Under the pieces are notes generated by a model, which saw nothing but the letters and a program-made list of their open reading frames with translations, was not told the origin of the DNA and ran no database searches. A stretch of 57,459 bases of DNA, counting the filler, from Dirinaria sp. TL-2023a (taxonomy: Eukaryota): assembly GCA_051941275.1 (NCBI GenBank). It is 7 parts of 7 records of this genome, joined end to end, with 100 filler letters (N's around TTAATTAATTAA, not from the genome) between each part and the next. Parts side by side here need not be neighbours in the genome. Positions count along the whole stretch, not along the records: positions 8,257 to 16,401 come from JAVEBF010001229.1; positions 16,502 to 24,645 come from JAVEBF010001230.1; 5 more parts are not named here. The stretch is one strand, 5' to 3'. Of this stretch, positions 11,662 to 23,701 are shown in pieces (positions within the stretch are counted from its first letter, which is position 1; each line of letters starts with the position of its first letter). A program made the position numbers and the translations under genes.

Positions 11662-13368
11662 TCACCAAGAAACAACATCCGATTTTCTGATGATCTTCCC
11701 TCCAACCACCGCAGCAGCCTGCACAAACTCCTTACCAACCCCAAATTCTGTCTCAAATCCCTTAAAACCAATTCTTCCCACCTCTTCTAACCGTGTTGCA
11801 CTCGTACCCTCGTAGACAACCCAAGCCTCGACATCAGTCGCCCCGTTCCAGCTCACGTAGCCCTTTGCGCAGCCCTTTGCCCCTTTCTCCACCACTAAAC
11901 TCGGCCTCGATTTCGGCGTGGCATGCCACTCGGACTTAAAGCCTCGATAACTCTGCACTAGATCGTTAGCTCCAAAACGTGCCGTCCATCGCACGTCGGC
12001 GCCAGAAGGGCTGTCCGGCCCGTATTCTTTTACGACCGCGATCTCGCCGTAGCCCATGAAGATATTTCCGTTAGATAGGAACGTGAGAGAACCCTGTGAG
12101 TCGGCGTAGATGGGCTCGGAGGGGTCAGAGAGATACTTGAGGGCACGAGTGGTCGTACTAGTGTTAGATGGGGGAAGAGATAGGAGGAGTTCAAGACCTG
12201 TAGTAATGTGGGTGCCGTTGTCAACGCCGAGGGCGTTATTATTATTGAACCAGCTGAGACTGATGGAGCTGTTGGTGACATTATAAGCGCGTGCGTTATG
12301 TTGCCAGGCCTTGGAAGTGGAGTGTGCCATCAGCATGGTCGTTGTATGATCTTTGGAATACCAGCTGATACTTACGAAATGTCCATTAGGAGGTAAAGGG
12401 CCAAAGTCCCCACCAGTGTCACCCTGAATCGACCAAATGATATCACCAGTTGCTGATAGCAGGTAGGTCGTCCATGCGTGCCGACTGTTTAGTAAGTAGT
12501 TGTCACCAATATTTACAACAGAATTAATGTGGAAGTAATCGAATGGCTGCGACTGGCTCCTGCCTGTATTCCTGAGTGGAAACTTGCTGACGCCGACCGG
12601 AACATGATCTAGGGCGCTCCAGCGAAACAGAATACTCCCATCCGTGGGGTTGATCTCAAAGAAAAGACAGTCAAAAATCCAACCGTTTTTTGGGCCACCA
12701 ATTGAGGTTAAATCCGTTGGTGTAGCATTGTAAGCTGTGACTAATAATGTGTCTCGATCGGTAACATATGATTCGTGAAAATCAATCTCACAGGGGTAGC
12801 TGGTGTTATCCGGAGTCACAAGGCCGAGTTTGGGGCATACGGTCAAGATCTCGGTATAAGATGAATCAAGGAAAGTGACATTGCCGTACCCATGCCCTAC
12901 GTTTGCACCTGCCGTACTTAAGCCACTCCAGAAGGTCAAGATAGACTTTCCTTTATAAGACGCCACACGTAAATTGGTAGCATCGAGATTGGGTCCATTC
13001 CAGACAAGTTGGCCAGCGTCAGTCATAATAAGTGGCGCCTGATCCTGCGTCGCGTTGACAGAGGTGAAATCCGTAGGCGTCAAGAAGAGGAGGCCGGGCG
13101 CAAGATGCTTGCCATTTGCGGTTATTTGCAGTTGGGGAGGATTGAAGGTAGCTGTTCTAAAAGCCTGATAGGGCCAGATGGATCCAGTCCCGTTCACAAC
13201 TCGGCTTGACTCCCGTCCCCGACCCAACGGGCAAAATTTCACATTGGGATTAGGCAAGGCAGGAGTAAACGCCTCTCGACCGCTGAATTTAGACTGTTTT
13301 TGGAAGCCAATTGTAGTAGGCGCTTCGGCCAGGATAGCCAAAAAAGATGCAGCAAGGAAAATAAGCAT
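11662..13368 (-). CDS. Secreted arylsulfotransferase (ASST / Arylsulfotran_2)-like beta-propeller protein
   Basis: Likely start MLIFLAASFLAILAEA (signal peptide) at 13368. Motifs PLIMTDAGQLVW, IDFHESYVT, DYFHINSV, YLLNSRH, F|AWQHNAR, SQGS..L.NGNIFMGYG, SYRGFKSEW and YVSWNGATDV. Probable 66-nt in-frame intron 12375-12310 (GTAAGT..GCTGAT..AAG). Confidence 0.88.
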   Translation of the reverse strand: MLIFLAASFLAILAEAPTTIGFQKQSKFSGREAFTPALPNPNVKFCPLGRGRESSRVVNGTGSIWPYQAFRTATFNPPQLQITANGKHLAPGLLFLTPTDFTSVNATQDQAPLIMTDAGQLVWNGPNLDATNLRVASYKGKSILTFWSGLSTAGANVGHGYGNVTFLDSSYTEILTVCPKLGLVTPDNTSYPCEIDFHESYVTDRDTLLVTAYNATPTDLTSIGGPKNGWIFDCLFFEINPTDGSILFRWSALDHVPVGVSKFPLRNTGRSQSQPFDYFHINSVVNIGDNYLLNSRHAWTTYLLSATGDIIWSIQGDTGGDFGPLPPNGHFVSISWYSKDHTTTMLMAHSTSKAWQHNARAYNVTNSSISLSWFNNNNALGVDNGTHITTGLELLLSLPPSNTSTTTRALKYLSDPSEPIYADSQGSLTFLSNGNIFMGYGEIAVVKEYGPDSPSGADVRWTARFGANDLVQSYRGFKSEWHATPKSRPSLVVEKGAKGCAKGYVSWNGATDVEAWVVYEGTSATRLEEVGRIGFKGFETEFGVGKEFVQAAAVVGGKIIRKSDVVSW

Positions 13369-13851
13369 GCTGAATGACGCTATGGAAAGAATTACGCTCG
13401 CGAGCACAGGTGATAGGTTCTTCGTGCAGATATACACGTGGACACCCAAGTCCTGTGAAATGCTAGATACTTCTATCAGCAGGGTGGGAAGAGCTTATAT
13501 TCTGCTGCAAGAAAACGGGACTGATAGGCTGCATGTCTCGCCGCTGATCCTTGACGTATGCGTTATGCAGATCACCGGTGCGAATATCCATGCATTTGGT
13601 TCTCCCGATTCCCTGTAATTTGAACATAAGTGGTTGGTTGGTACGGAGTTAGAATGAGGAGGTTGCAGAGCACTCTGCATGTTTGTAAGCGAGCATATTC
13701 AGCTCTTCGGAGAATATTGCAACAGTCTCCAGGCAGTCCGAGAGGCTGAAGCGGATAGTCTAGTATAAAGTGGTTGAAGATCACTCCTTAGACGCTCAGG
13801 CTATTTCCGCGCTCCAGCGTTATATCAATTGTCGTATATAATTACGTAATT

Positions 13852-15044
13852 ATGCCAGACTCCCCCCATGCGTTTACCAAAGCCGAATACTATGTGAGTA
13901 TCTTGGTCGCCTACGACAAGACTGGGCATGAACTTACTTTTGCAACCCCATTTAGACGATTTTCTGGGTTCTCACCGGTCTGGCAATACTGTTCACAGCG
14001 GCCCGGATAGGGGTCCGGTTGAAAGTTTATGGTCGCCTGATGGTCGACGATGGGCTTGTCATACTCGCTCTCGTCTGTCTTTTGGCTGGGAGTATCATGT
14101 TCTCCGTCCTGATCGACACGACCTTTACGGTGCAAGACGTACACATCTACCATGCTAAGCCACCTCCGCATTTCGAGAACCTAACACACCGGTTTGCAAA
14201 ATATCAGTGGGCAGGCGCTTACCTCTTTTTCACGGGGATCTGGTCTGTGAAAGGTTCTTTTCTCGCCTTTTATGATGACTTGACCAAGCGCCTGCCTCTA
14301 TACCGGCGAGGATGGTGGGTAACCATCGTCATTACCGTCTTGACCTACATCGGCAGCCTGCTAGCATACGCATTCCTCGATGGAGTCCGGCTCACCAATA
14401 ATTCCAAAAATGAGGCCATCAAGTATCAGTTTTCGGCTGACTTGATCACGGACTTGCTTAGTAAGTCCATAAGTGCTCCAAGCTTGCTTTTCTAAAAGGG
14501 CCTCGACTAACATTTTGGAGTCACCATCATTCCGTTGACTCTGGCAGTCAAAAGCCGGGTACCTGCAAAGCAGAAGCTCGGGCTTGCGGGCATCTTCAGC
14601 CTGACCTTTATTATCACCATTATGTCAATTGTCCGATTTGCGCTCAATGCGCCCAGCAGTGGTGTGACAGTCCCTAGTTGGCTCCAGGCTTGGTCGGTCA
14701 TTGAGCAAGGCGTCTCCGTGATCATTTCTTGCTTTGCGAGCTTCAGAATATATGTCATGAACAAAACGAAAACCTCCAAAGCCTCTTCATCCAAAGGCCG
14801 CTACATGAATAGTTTTATTGCCCAGAAGTTGCGATCCGCCTCAAGCAAGTCCGGTCACTCTCAATTGGAGTCTCACCGGGCTCACGCTTCAACAGAGAAC
14901 GGTGCAAGAGATTCGATGGATGTCGAGCTGCTCGACATGGCAAATTCAAAGCGTGCTGAAGAGCAGATAGAAAATTTGCGAATTACGGAATCTCATCTTG
15001 ACGTCGGCCCATCAGAGACCCCGAAAGGTGCGAACGCAGTATGA
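13852..15044 (+). CDS. PTH11-like integral membrane protein (fungal rhodopsin domain, no CFEM)
   Basis: Exons 13852-13893, 13956-14460, 14521-15044. Motifs AARIGVRLKVYGRLMVDD, FFTGIWSVKGSFLAFY, DLITDLLITIIP, QKLGLAGIFSL and WSVIEQGVSVIISC; multiple TM segments and a polar tail. Confidence 0.87.
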
Positions 15045-16401
15045 GAAGTTTATTACTTAGTATATTGGAAACAGCAAATCACAGGCGTAAGGGTATCGGG
15101 GAGAAGATCAGCACGAGCGAATATTACATGAACTCTACCATGTCTTTGAAAGCAATACTCGAAGGAAATCAAAAGACCGAAGAGAAGACATATTGAACCT
15201 ACTTCGTGAGGACCTCCATGTTCTCCACTGGAAAGACCATCTGGAGCGTTTTTCCCGGATGGATCCGGCGAAAAGAGCCTACAGACAATGTCTTGTGGTG
15301 CGTTTTAAGCTTTCCACCGATCGTCGAGGATTGGCGGATGACTGGTTGGCTAGTGGCGGTGTGGGACATCCAGGCTGCAGTCAGACGGGGTTTTAATAGG
15401 TAAGGTAGTGTCTCCGTCTCAGCCTTTTCAACGAGGTTCATGACCTAAGGTAGGCACAGGACGAAGTAGTGTCGGTTAGAAACCTGTGCCAGAAGGGGAT
15501 TCGATTGACATGAAGGGTGCAAAGGCTCCGTCGCTCCCTCGGCGGATCAGAGTAAGGCAAGGTAGGTACCTTGAAGATAAGCGGGTTATGACGGAGTTCG
15601 TGTAAAGCCAGCCGCGCTAGGGAATCCTTCCTGATACCTTACGATACCAGCAGAAGATCGGCCGATGGACTGGATGCAAGACGCCCAAGAGGGTCGTCCA
15701 AGAGGGTCGCCCAGCTGCGTTGGACAACAAAAGCGAATACTTTACCTTACTTGTACCTAAGGAGAAAGCAAGGTATAAGGTAAGTCAATATGGCGGTGAA
15801 GTACGAGTTTCCAACTGTAAATATACGTACGGCATTAGAAGGAGGCATACCCGATCCAACAGGTTCAGCTTGTCGATCTTTTGCGCGTTGGATTGTTGCT
15901 GACCATACACGGAATCTTGATCATCACCGGCTACATGGGGAAGAAAGCCATGCGGATGCGATCCTTCAGTGTGGCGTGCTATGGCCCGACGGTTGCGCCT
16001 TTACGTTTGAATGGCGTCATCTTGTACATACTGTACCCAAAGGTACTAAGGTAGGTAAGGTAGTACGAGTACAGTATGGAACCCCCATTCGGAGTGCCAT
16101 ATCGCATACCTTAATCTCCATGCTGACGTGCTCATTTCAGCAGCTTATGGATTTTGGGCGACCGAGTACTGCTGACAAAGATGGTGGCATTGGGGTTGGA
16201 GCGTGCGGAGCAAGAGGTACTTTCAAGGTACAACTTACTACCTCGGTAAGTGATTGTGCCAAGACGCTACGGAGAAGCGAATGTTGCAACAACCCTATTA
16301 TTCAAGCGAAACCTAAGGTATATCAGAATTCTTTTCACTCACCTATCTGCTCCAAGTAGAGTCTGCACAGGTAGAGGGAGTAGTGAGCTGTGAAGCTGCG
16401 T

Positions 16402-16501
16402 NNNNNNNNNNNNNNNNNNNNNNNNNNNNNNNNNNNNNNNNNNNNTTAATTAATTAANNNNNNNNNNNNNNNNNNNNNNNNNNNNNNNNNNNNNNNNNNN
16501 N
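16402..16501. other. Artificial contig-joining spacer
   Basis: 44 N + TTAATTAATTAA + 44 N. Confidence 0.98.
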
Positions 16502-17339
16502 CATACATACCATCAACCCACCAATCCACTCTCCTTCAGAAAAAACCCGCATAAAATCTCCGCAGGCCCTGTCCGTGATATATCACCAAGAAAGTAAATT
16601 CTAGATGCGTTGTAGACAGATAGATACCCTCAACGCCGGTGAGATCACTCTCTTTCTATAGAGTTAGGATATAAGATAAGATGAGATGATATGATAAGAT
16701 AGATAGAGGGAATGAGGAGGCTGGATCGAGTATAAGTTGGAGTGGAGGATTTTGTATAATGGAGGGGGAGGAAATGTAAAGTAATGTATGTACATGTAAG
16801 ATAGATTAGGTAAAGGGAAGGGGCGGATTCCTCTCGGCGTTCCTTACTTTAGATTGATCAAGCTATATTTCTAAGGTACCTAAGGTAAAGGTACCTCTAA
16901 AGTCCGAGGGATCAAAGCCGGCGATTCCTGTGCCGGTAAGCCGAGTGATCCGGCGTTACCTATTCCCCGGCCACAGACAAACAGATGCCCGACGAATGTA
17001 ATTTTCTTTTTAGAAGGAATGGAGTACATTATTCGGATCGGAGGAAGATTTACGATTATCGATGGTATTGTCTCCCCAGCTCTGCTCTGCTCTGCTCTGC
17101 GGGCTTCTTCTATGCTTGCTATTAAATTGCAGGAATAGTGAAGGGTATGGTATATACAGGATATTGAAAGCGTAGATATCTGCGATAGCACTCTTTCAAC
17201 GCTTGAAGTAAAAGGTATGAAAGAAAGGATACGAACGCCGGTGCAATGCAGTCATTGATAACTCTCCTTTAAGCCGATTTTAGCTAAGTAAAAGCGAAAG
17301 GAAAACGCAAGAAGCAAGGCTGATTTTTAGGAAATACTC

Positions 17340-19197
17340 CTACGACATGGGGTATGGCGATCGTCGAGAAATCGATCCTGGAGTCATTCTGAAGAGAGAG
17401 CGCTTCCTGCGGTAGTATTCTTTCGTAGGGGGGAACAGGGCTCTATAATTAGGGTTAGTAAGGAAGGGCAAGTTTAGCCCGCTAACCGATTTAGAACTTA
17501 CCCCTGTGCATACTGTAGAACCTCATCATTTGCCCCTGTCAGATTGAGCGGGTTCCTCGTGTTCCCGGCGGCGTTGCCGGCAGTCTGCATCCCATTGCCA
17601 TATTGCTCGCACACCTTCTTATGGCTCGGCGGAATCGTTATATTGGACAGATACTCGGGGGCTTCGATGATGGTGGCGGCCAAGCCGGATTCGATGTGCC
17701 ACTCAATGTGGCAATGGAACGCCCAGACCCCCGGGTTATCCGCCCGGAACCTTAGCACTACGTTGGAAAGCTTGTTCGCCATGATGGTGTCGCGCTTCAT
17801 CGGCGTGCTGGACACGTTCGTCCAGTACCCGCTGAAGGGGCCCACGCTCGGGTCGCCGCGCTGGATTACCTGGAAGTCGTGTCCGTGAAGGTGCCAGGGG
17901 TGTAGGTTGTTGTGGTTGTTGTTCACGATGATCTCGACGGTTTCGTTGAATTTGAGTACGAAAGGGACGACGTCGCCGTAGACTGAAGGGTTGGAGGAGT
18001 AGTTCCCGACTGAGATGGCGGTGTACAGCGATGGCACTTTTTGAGGGAGGTAGGTCATGTTATTGATGACCGCTCGAGCAATCCCGTTGATATTCTCATA
18101 GCCAGTGTCCATAAGAATCTTGTGGTCGGGCTCCAATATTGGCTGCTTGTCATATGGTTTAAGGGTCCAGTCGTCGAAGAAATCGAATGAAGGAAACACT
18201 GGTGCAGGTGGATAGGGCTTGGTGTCATCGTACACCAACCATGCCGTCATATTGGCATTGTAGCCAACAGTCGGAACACCGGTGGGAGGGAAGAGCATGT
18301 TGATGTCGAGGGTCCCAAAGATGGGATAATTCTGACTGGTATCGTTCTTCGTCTTCATCAAGAAGCTCCATCGCTGGCCCGGCGCCAGACGAAGTTGCTT
18401 CGATCCCAAACTCTGAGGCTGTGTATAGACCCCATCAACTTCTACGGCCGTAATGTTGTGACCGAGGAATTGGACACCAACACCGGCATAATTACTGTGG
18501 CATATCGTACGGACCAGATACGTCTTCCCAGGCTTGACATAGATCTTCGCATCGGATTGCTCATTGTAGAGACCAGCGTCTGCAACTGGCGCCGTGATAC
18601 CATTGTCCGTGGTGGCATTGTTTTTGGTTGATTGATAATTGTTGACGAGACCGGGCATCTGGTCGTGGTACCAATCGGACATGGTCAGTATAAGCTCCTC
18701 GTCATACTGCCCGGCATAAGGTCCATCGTCGTCGTCATGCACGATGAAAGGAGCGCGCAGGCCATCCGGGTATTGGCCAAAATTGTGCGAGTGATACCAG
18801 TACGTCCCAGCTTGATACACCTAGCCAAGATCAGACTACGTAAGAGGTTTTAGGCAGGGGAGCTTACGTCGAACTCGTACTTGATGGAGCTGTTCGGGGC
18901 AACTGGACACTGCGTAAAGCCAGTGGGCCCGTCTTGCACGGAATTTCCATACTGCCGTATACCATGCCAATGAAGGCTCAATGATTCGTTTCCTAGGTTG
19001 TTGAACACATTGGCTACAAATCGATCGCCCTTGTTAATGTGCACTGTCGGGGGAGGCCATTGGCCGTTGATACCAATGACAGGCCTTGAGAATCCATCTG
19101 GAGCTGCAGTCACCCAGTCCACACTCCAATCATAAGTGACTGTCTTGGCCAGAGTGAGCTGGCATAGGCTGAGCAGAAGGACTCCGGCGGGTAGCAT
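17340..19197 (-). CDS. Secreted multicopper oxidase (AA1; Fet3/Abr1-related, no TM anchor)
   Basis: Exons 19197-18868, 18820-17502, 17442-17340. Signal peptide MLPAGVLLLSLCQLTLA. All four Cu motifs present: HWHG, YWYHSH, HPWHLHGH, HCHIEWHIESGL. Fet3-like segments APDGFSRPVIGINGQWP, SDWYHD and GNAAGN. Confidence 0.93.
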
Positions 19198-22100
19198 TAT
19201 GGGCGAGCCTGCTTGAGGTGGAAATGCGTGGCATTTTCAAGGGGCAGGTCAAGCAATTTGTATCAATGCCAAATCCAGGCATTCGCCTCTTTGTTATCAA
19301 CAGGGATCATGATGGGGCTTCCAGACGGCTCCACTTCGCCCTTGATTTGACGAAGATCCGTCCTAATGTCATCGGCATGTGACGGAAACCGCCATACTAG
19401 GTACTAGTATACGACCGAAGTGCAATCTTCTTGACTGTCGTGAGCCGATAGCATCCGGGAAGTGAGTCTACAAGTCAATATAATAAATCTCCCAACGCAG
19501 CTCTCGGCAGTGAGATTACAGATGGAGTTAGAAGAGGAGCTGTGGCCGAGCTCGAGCCGTCGAGATGATCTCATGCTGTTGGCTGATCCGACAATTGGCA
19601 TCGCTGGGAGCTGTTGAACTATGGGGATGCTTTAAAATTGCGGTCAAAGCTCCCGAGGAGAGAGAAGTGCCCGATGTCGGTGAATAACCGTTGGAGACCG
19701 AGACGTGCAGTTGAGGCTGTTACGATGATCCTGCTAATGAGCCCGGATCACCTATTGGCTCATTAACCGAGCCGCTGGTACGCCGAGACCGCCAAGAGAT
19801 GCCGAGAGATGTCAAAGCCTGCGGAATCTGCAGGACATTTTTCGTCTGGCTTATCAGGAAATGCGTGCTCGATAATAATGTTAATAGGTAATGTCAATGC
19901 TTGGTTGCGCCCACGATGTTCATGCTAGCTCTGCGGCTCAGGCAGCGTGGATTGTCGGTCTGCTGTAATCCAGAAGTGACTTGCCCTTTGAGTAAGCGGC
20001 AACATCGAGACTGGATTGGGCAGAAGTCAACCCTCGAGAGTCAGGCATCGCTGAGCTGCAAAGTCATTGTCTGGTAGTCGTTTGATTTCAATAACTGGCA
20101 TGTAGACGTGCATATCCTGCCTTACATACGCTCGGTTGTCTATTCCGGCAACGCAACCCGACGCCATGATTCATTGATCCAAGGTCTACCCGATCGGACT
20201 ATTACTGTACATACCCTAACCCTCAAACCATGAAAATACTGCCACACTCCAAGGTACAGTACAGTATCTTAAGCTCACAAGCTGTACCAGGTTTATTCGG
20301 GATCGTATGCAAGGATCTGCAACCTACTTACGAACTAAGATCTATGATCAATGCAAGGAACTTGGAGTTTGCAAGATCTAAACGTCTTCTGCATCGCCAC
20401 CGAAACAATATTCCCGGCTTACTTTAGAGTTCATGAGCCACTGTTCGCCGTATTCGGATCCAAGACCCAACTCGGCTCTTGCTGCCATTCTCACTGATGT
20501 TGTTACCTCACCCCGGCGCGCCAAGTTGCTTGTGAACGGTGACCAAGTCCTGAGCCTTGTACGATGCATCCTTCCTTTGGATGGCTCCTATGCTACAGTG
20601 CAGGCTTGAGCTTCCAATGCGGGGGAAATCGTCAATGAGATAGGTATTCTCATGCGGAGGCACGTCGACCTCGTTTGTACCTGACATCGCACCACAATGC
20701 CCAGCCGGGTATGCATGTCTATTTGCACTCGTCAATGTAGATACCCTGGCAACTTCGGCAGCTCTCCGTCCACTTCCCGATGTTACTACGCAATCATGCC
20801 TTCCGCTGGGTTGGTCGGGTTCTCTTTTCATGTTCTGGTTTCTCGTACTTGCACTACATATTCCGTCACATTCTACTCTGTCCCTTTTTCCAGAAAGTCG
20901 CCCATCATCTCGAAGCAACACAATAGTATTACAAGAGGCAACAGTAGCCCAGTGGCATCAATACCCGGTGCACCCGCATAGTAGTCAAGACCTTAGATTG
21001 CCACCATGATCTTCCCTGTCCCTAAAGTGAGTTTCCATCTGTGTTTGTGTACAAGATTTTTGTTGTCGTGCTCGCGGCTATCTACGTCTTCAACAAGTTT
21101 CTATCAAGGCAGAGGTAAGTTTGAGGTCTTGCTCAAGCGCCCGTATATGCACTCCACCGCACCATGATTATGTAATGAGAATTACTTGCTTTCTTGGTCT
21201 CCAAGTGATGACGATTTTCGAATGCGTTCCTTCACGGAGAACCTCTACAGCAATTGAACCGACAAAATGCATAGGGTTGTGCCAGAAAGAAGGGGGAAAT
21301 GCTCCCTTTTCAACTGCCCTAATTGTTTGGCACACGGACAGAAAATCCGCTTTCAAGGGCTTCCAAACCCTGAATTCGTTGTTCATGCCCTGAAAGACGT
21401 CCTTCCTGATACTTTAATCAATTTGCGTACTTGTAGGGTTCAGCGACTATCAGCGCTTCAGCGATCCGGTGCCCATGATCCTGACCGTTGAAGAATTGTA
21501 TGACACGGCGGCTTCAAGAGTTCTCCGACTAGCCTCGTCACAATCCACGGTATATCTGAAGCGGGCTTGCGCCATGTGCGTATCTAGTTAAAACGAAAGA
21601 CTCTGAAGTGCTGTTTTCGCGAAATATGACGTGTTCGGCTAATCCTACACCGGCCTCGTATTCGCGTAGAACATGCTCACTTCCGTAGAGTCGTGGAGTA
21701 CCTTACCTTACCTTATACTTCAGGCCTTATGACGCAATAACTACCCAGGGTGGGCCTGTCTGGTAACTGCTTTGAGGTTTGACAATGTCCATGTACCTTC
21801 CCACTTTGTTGCAAACGGGTAACTTAGGTAGGTACCTCGGAGGCTAAGGTACGCTAAGGGTTGGTAACATGGCATGGATGTACCTTACTCGTACCTGTAA
21901 ATGCGGGGAATAGCTAATCTTGCTTTGTATGCTTCTGGCTGAAGCCGTGGAATTGGAGTCTCCAGACTACCAATTAGTTCTTTCTCGACATCTATGCCGA
22001 GGGTACTTCAGTGCTTCTATGCAAGGTAGCTAAAACTATAGCTTGGAGAAGAAGATCTATCATCTGTCGTTAGTCACCAATTCTCAAGCAAAGAGCGCGC

Positions 22101-23657
22101 TCAATCGAACTTACAGTTGCATACATATCACAACATTAAAGCTCAAGTTGCGAACACGCAATTTGACTAGACATCATTCGAACTCTCCAGGATCACGTTC
22201 CCTTCACTACAATATGAGCTCCTTTGAGAAATCGAGTTCCGGCCCCAAAGACAGATTGAAATTACCTATGGACTGCTCGAACAAGCGATAACCGACCTAG
22301 CAGCCCTGGAATAACGTTATACTCATCCAAGATGCTGCAACGGATTGCCGCTCTCCTACAGCGCCAACCATCTGATAAGTGACTATGTGGTGCTTTGCAC
22401 ACTCAAGCCCTTGGAGACAGGATCGAATAGTCTTCGCCCATCGCCAGTCCTTCCGACGTAGATGATCAATTGCAGAACATATTCCTCAAAAATAAAGCCA
22501 CTCAAGTAGCTTCGCTAACACCACCCTATGCGATCGCAAAAACAGCTCTACGGAAAAGCAAGCAGCATCGTGTTAAGGACACCGCAGTGGAAGGAGCAAC
22601 ATCGAGACGGAGTCGCTAAAATTTGACGTGATGGATGGAGCATATGATACCGCAATATCCTATGATATGCTTTCACTCTGCAAAAGGCTCTCAGAGTGGC
22701 CTCTCAAACAAGATGAAAGATGGAATTCTTCGATTTTTACCCACGTGGCCTTGGCATACGTACACATGCTGCTAGCCTTGCTTAGGTCCTGCTACAGCGT
22801 TCTCCGTTCGCTGCTCCAGAACGCTGGGCCTGTAATGGTAAGAACAATCAAGATGTCTGTTCATCCTTGTCAAATTTGGAACGCTGATCCTCATCAATCC
22901 TCTCAGGCACTTCGCCTTCGGTTTCGACACCAAAAAGAAATCGTATACATGGCTTGGGATCCGTGACGAATGCTTGAGGAATGCTTGACGAATCGCCGCG
23001 TATTTTCTTCCGCAAAGGCCGCTCTGAGAGCATAAAGTGGTGGCTTTGGCCCAGAGGATCTCTTGAGCTCTCAACAATAAAATGAAGAATGTCTCGTCTC
23101 AAATAAAGGCGGTCATGGAACCTCTCGATGTGCGGCTTTCATTCGTCTAGAGAGAGAATTTCCGTGTAACGCTCGTACTTCATCATGTTATGGTTTTATG
23201 TCGGTAATAGGATCGAAATTCTCAATCAAGCTTAATTATAGGACTTCAAAGGTGACCACAGAGACTTGGAATGGAGAGTCAGCTACTAAACCAGAAAGAG
23301 CGTTGTACGCTATCATCAACAAACTTATGGAGTGGAAGTGTCTACCAGACCAGGACAACAAAGGTAAACCATAAGATTTGCACTAATTAGTGCATGGCGA
23401 GTGGGCACTTGCGCAGCACTGCAGCAATTCCACACTTGTCCTCAGGGTATGTCGAATGTCTGCCCAACTACCTACCTACCGTTAGTACCAGCCAAAGCCA
23501 GGAGCGCCACTGGTAGATATAATTCGTCCCGAAGCTTTCGAGATCATGCCTGAAGACCTGCATTGGACAGTGGGTACATGCTGGTATCTATGACCTTGGC
23601 AACCATTAGCGCGGAGAGCACAGTTTTTGCAGGCATCCAAACTATATGCCTTGACGG

Positions 23658-23658
<1 letters not shown>

Positions 23659-23700
<42 letters not shown>

Positions 23701-23701
23701 A
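23659..23701. repeat. T35 homopolymer followed by A8
   Basis: Directly visible. Confidence 0.9.

Noticed and set aside
15790..16359. 189-aa ORF and neighbouring short ORFs at 15193-15902
   Set aside because: No recognisable motifs or coding-like composition; runs through intergenic AGGTA clusters.
11662..19197. ASST + PTH11-like + multicopper oxidase as one cluster
   Set aside because: The oxidase is on a different contig, beyond an artificial spacer.
23659..23701. Poly(T) tract as a retroposon tail
   Set aside because: No target-site duplication or element body visible; long homopolymers are common in this window.
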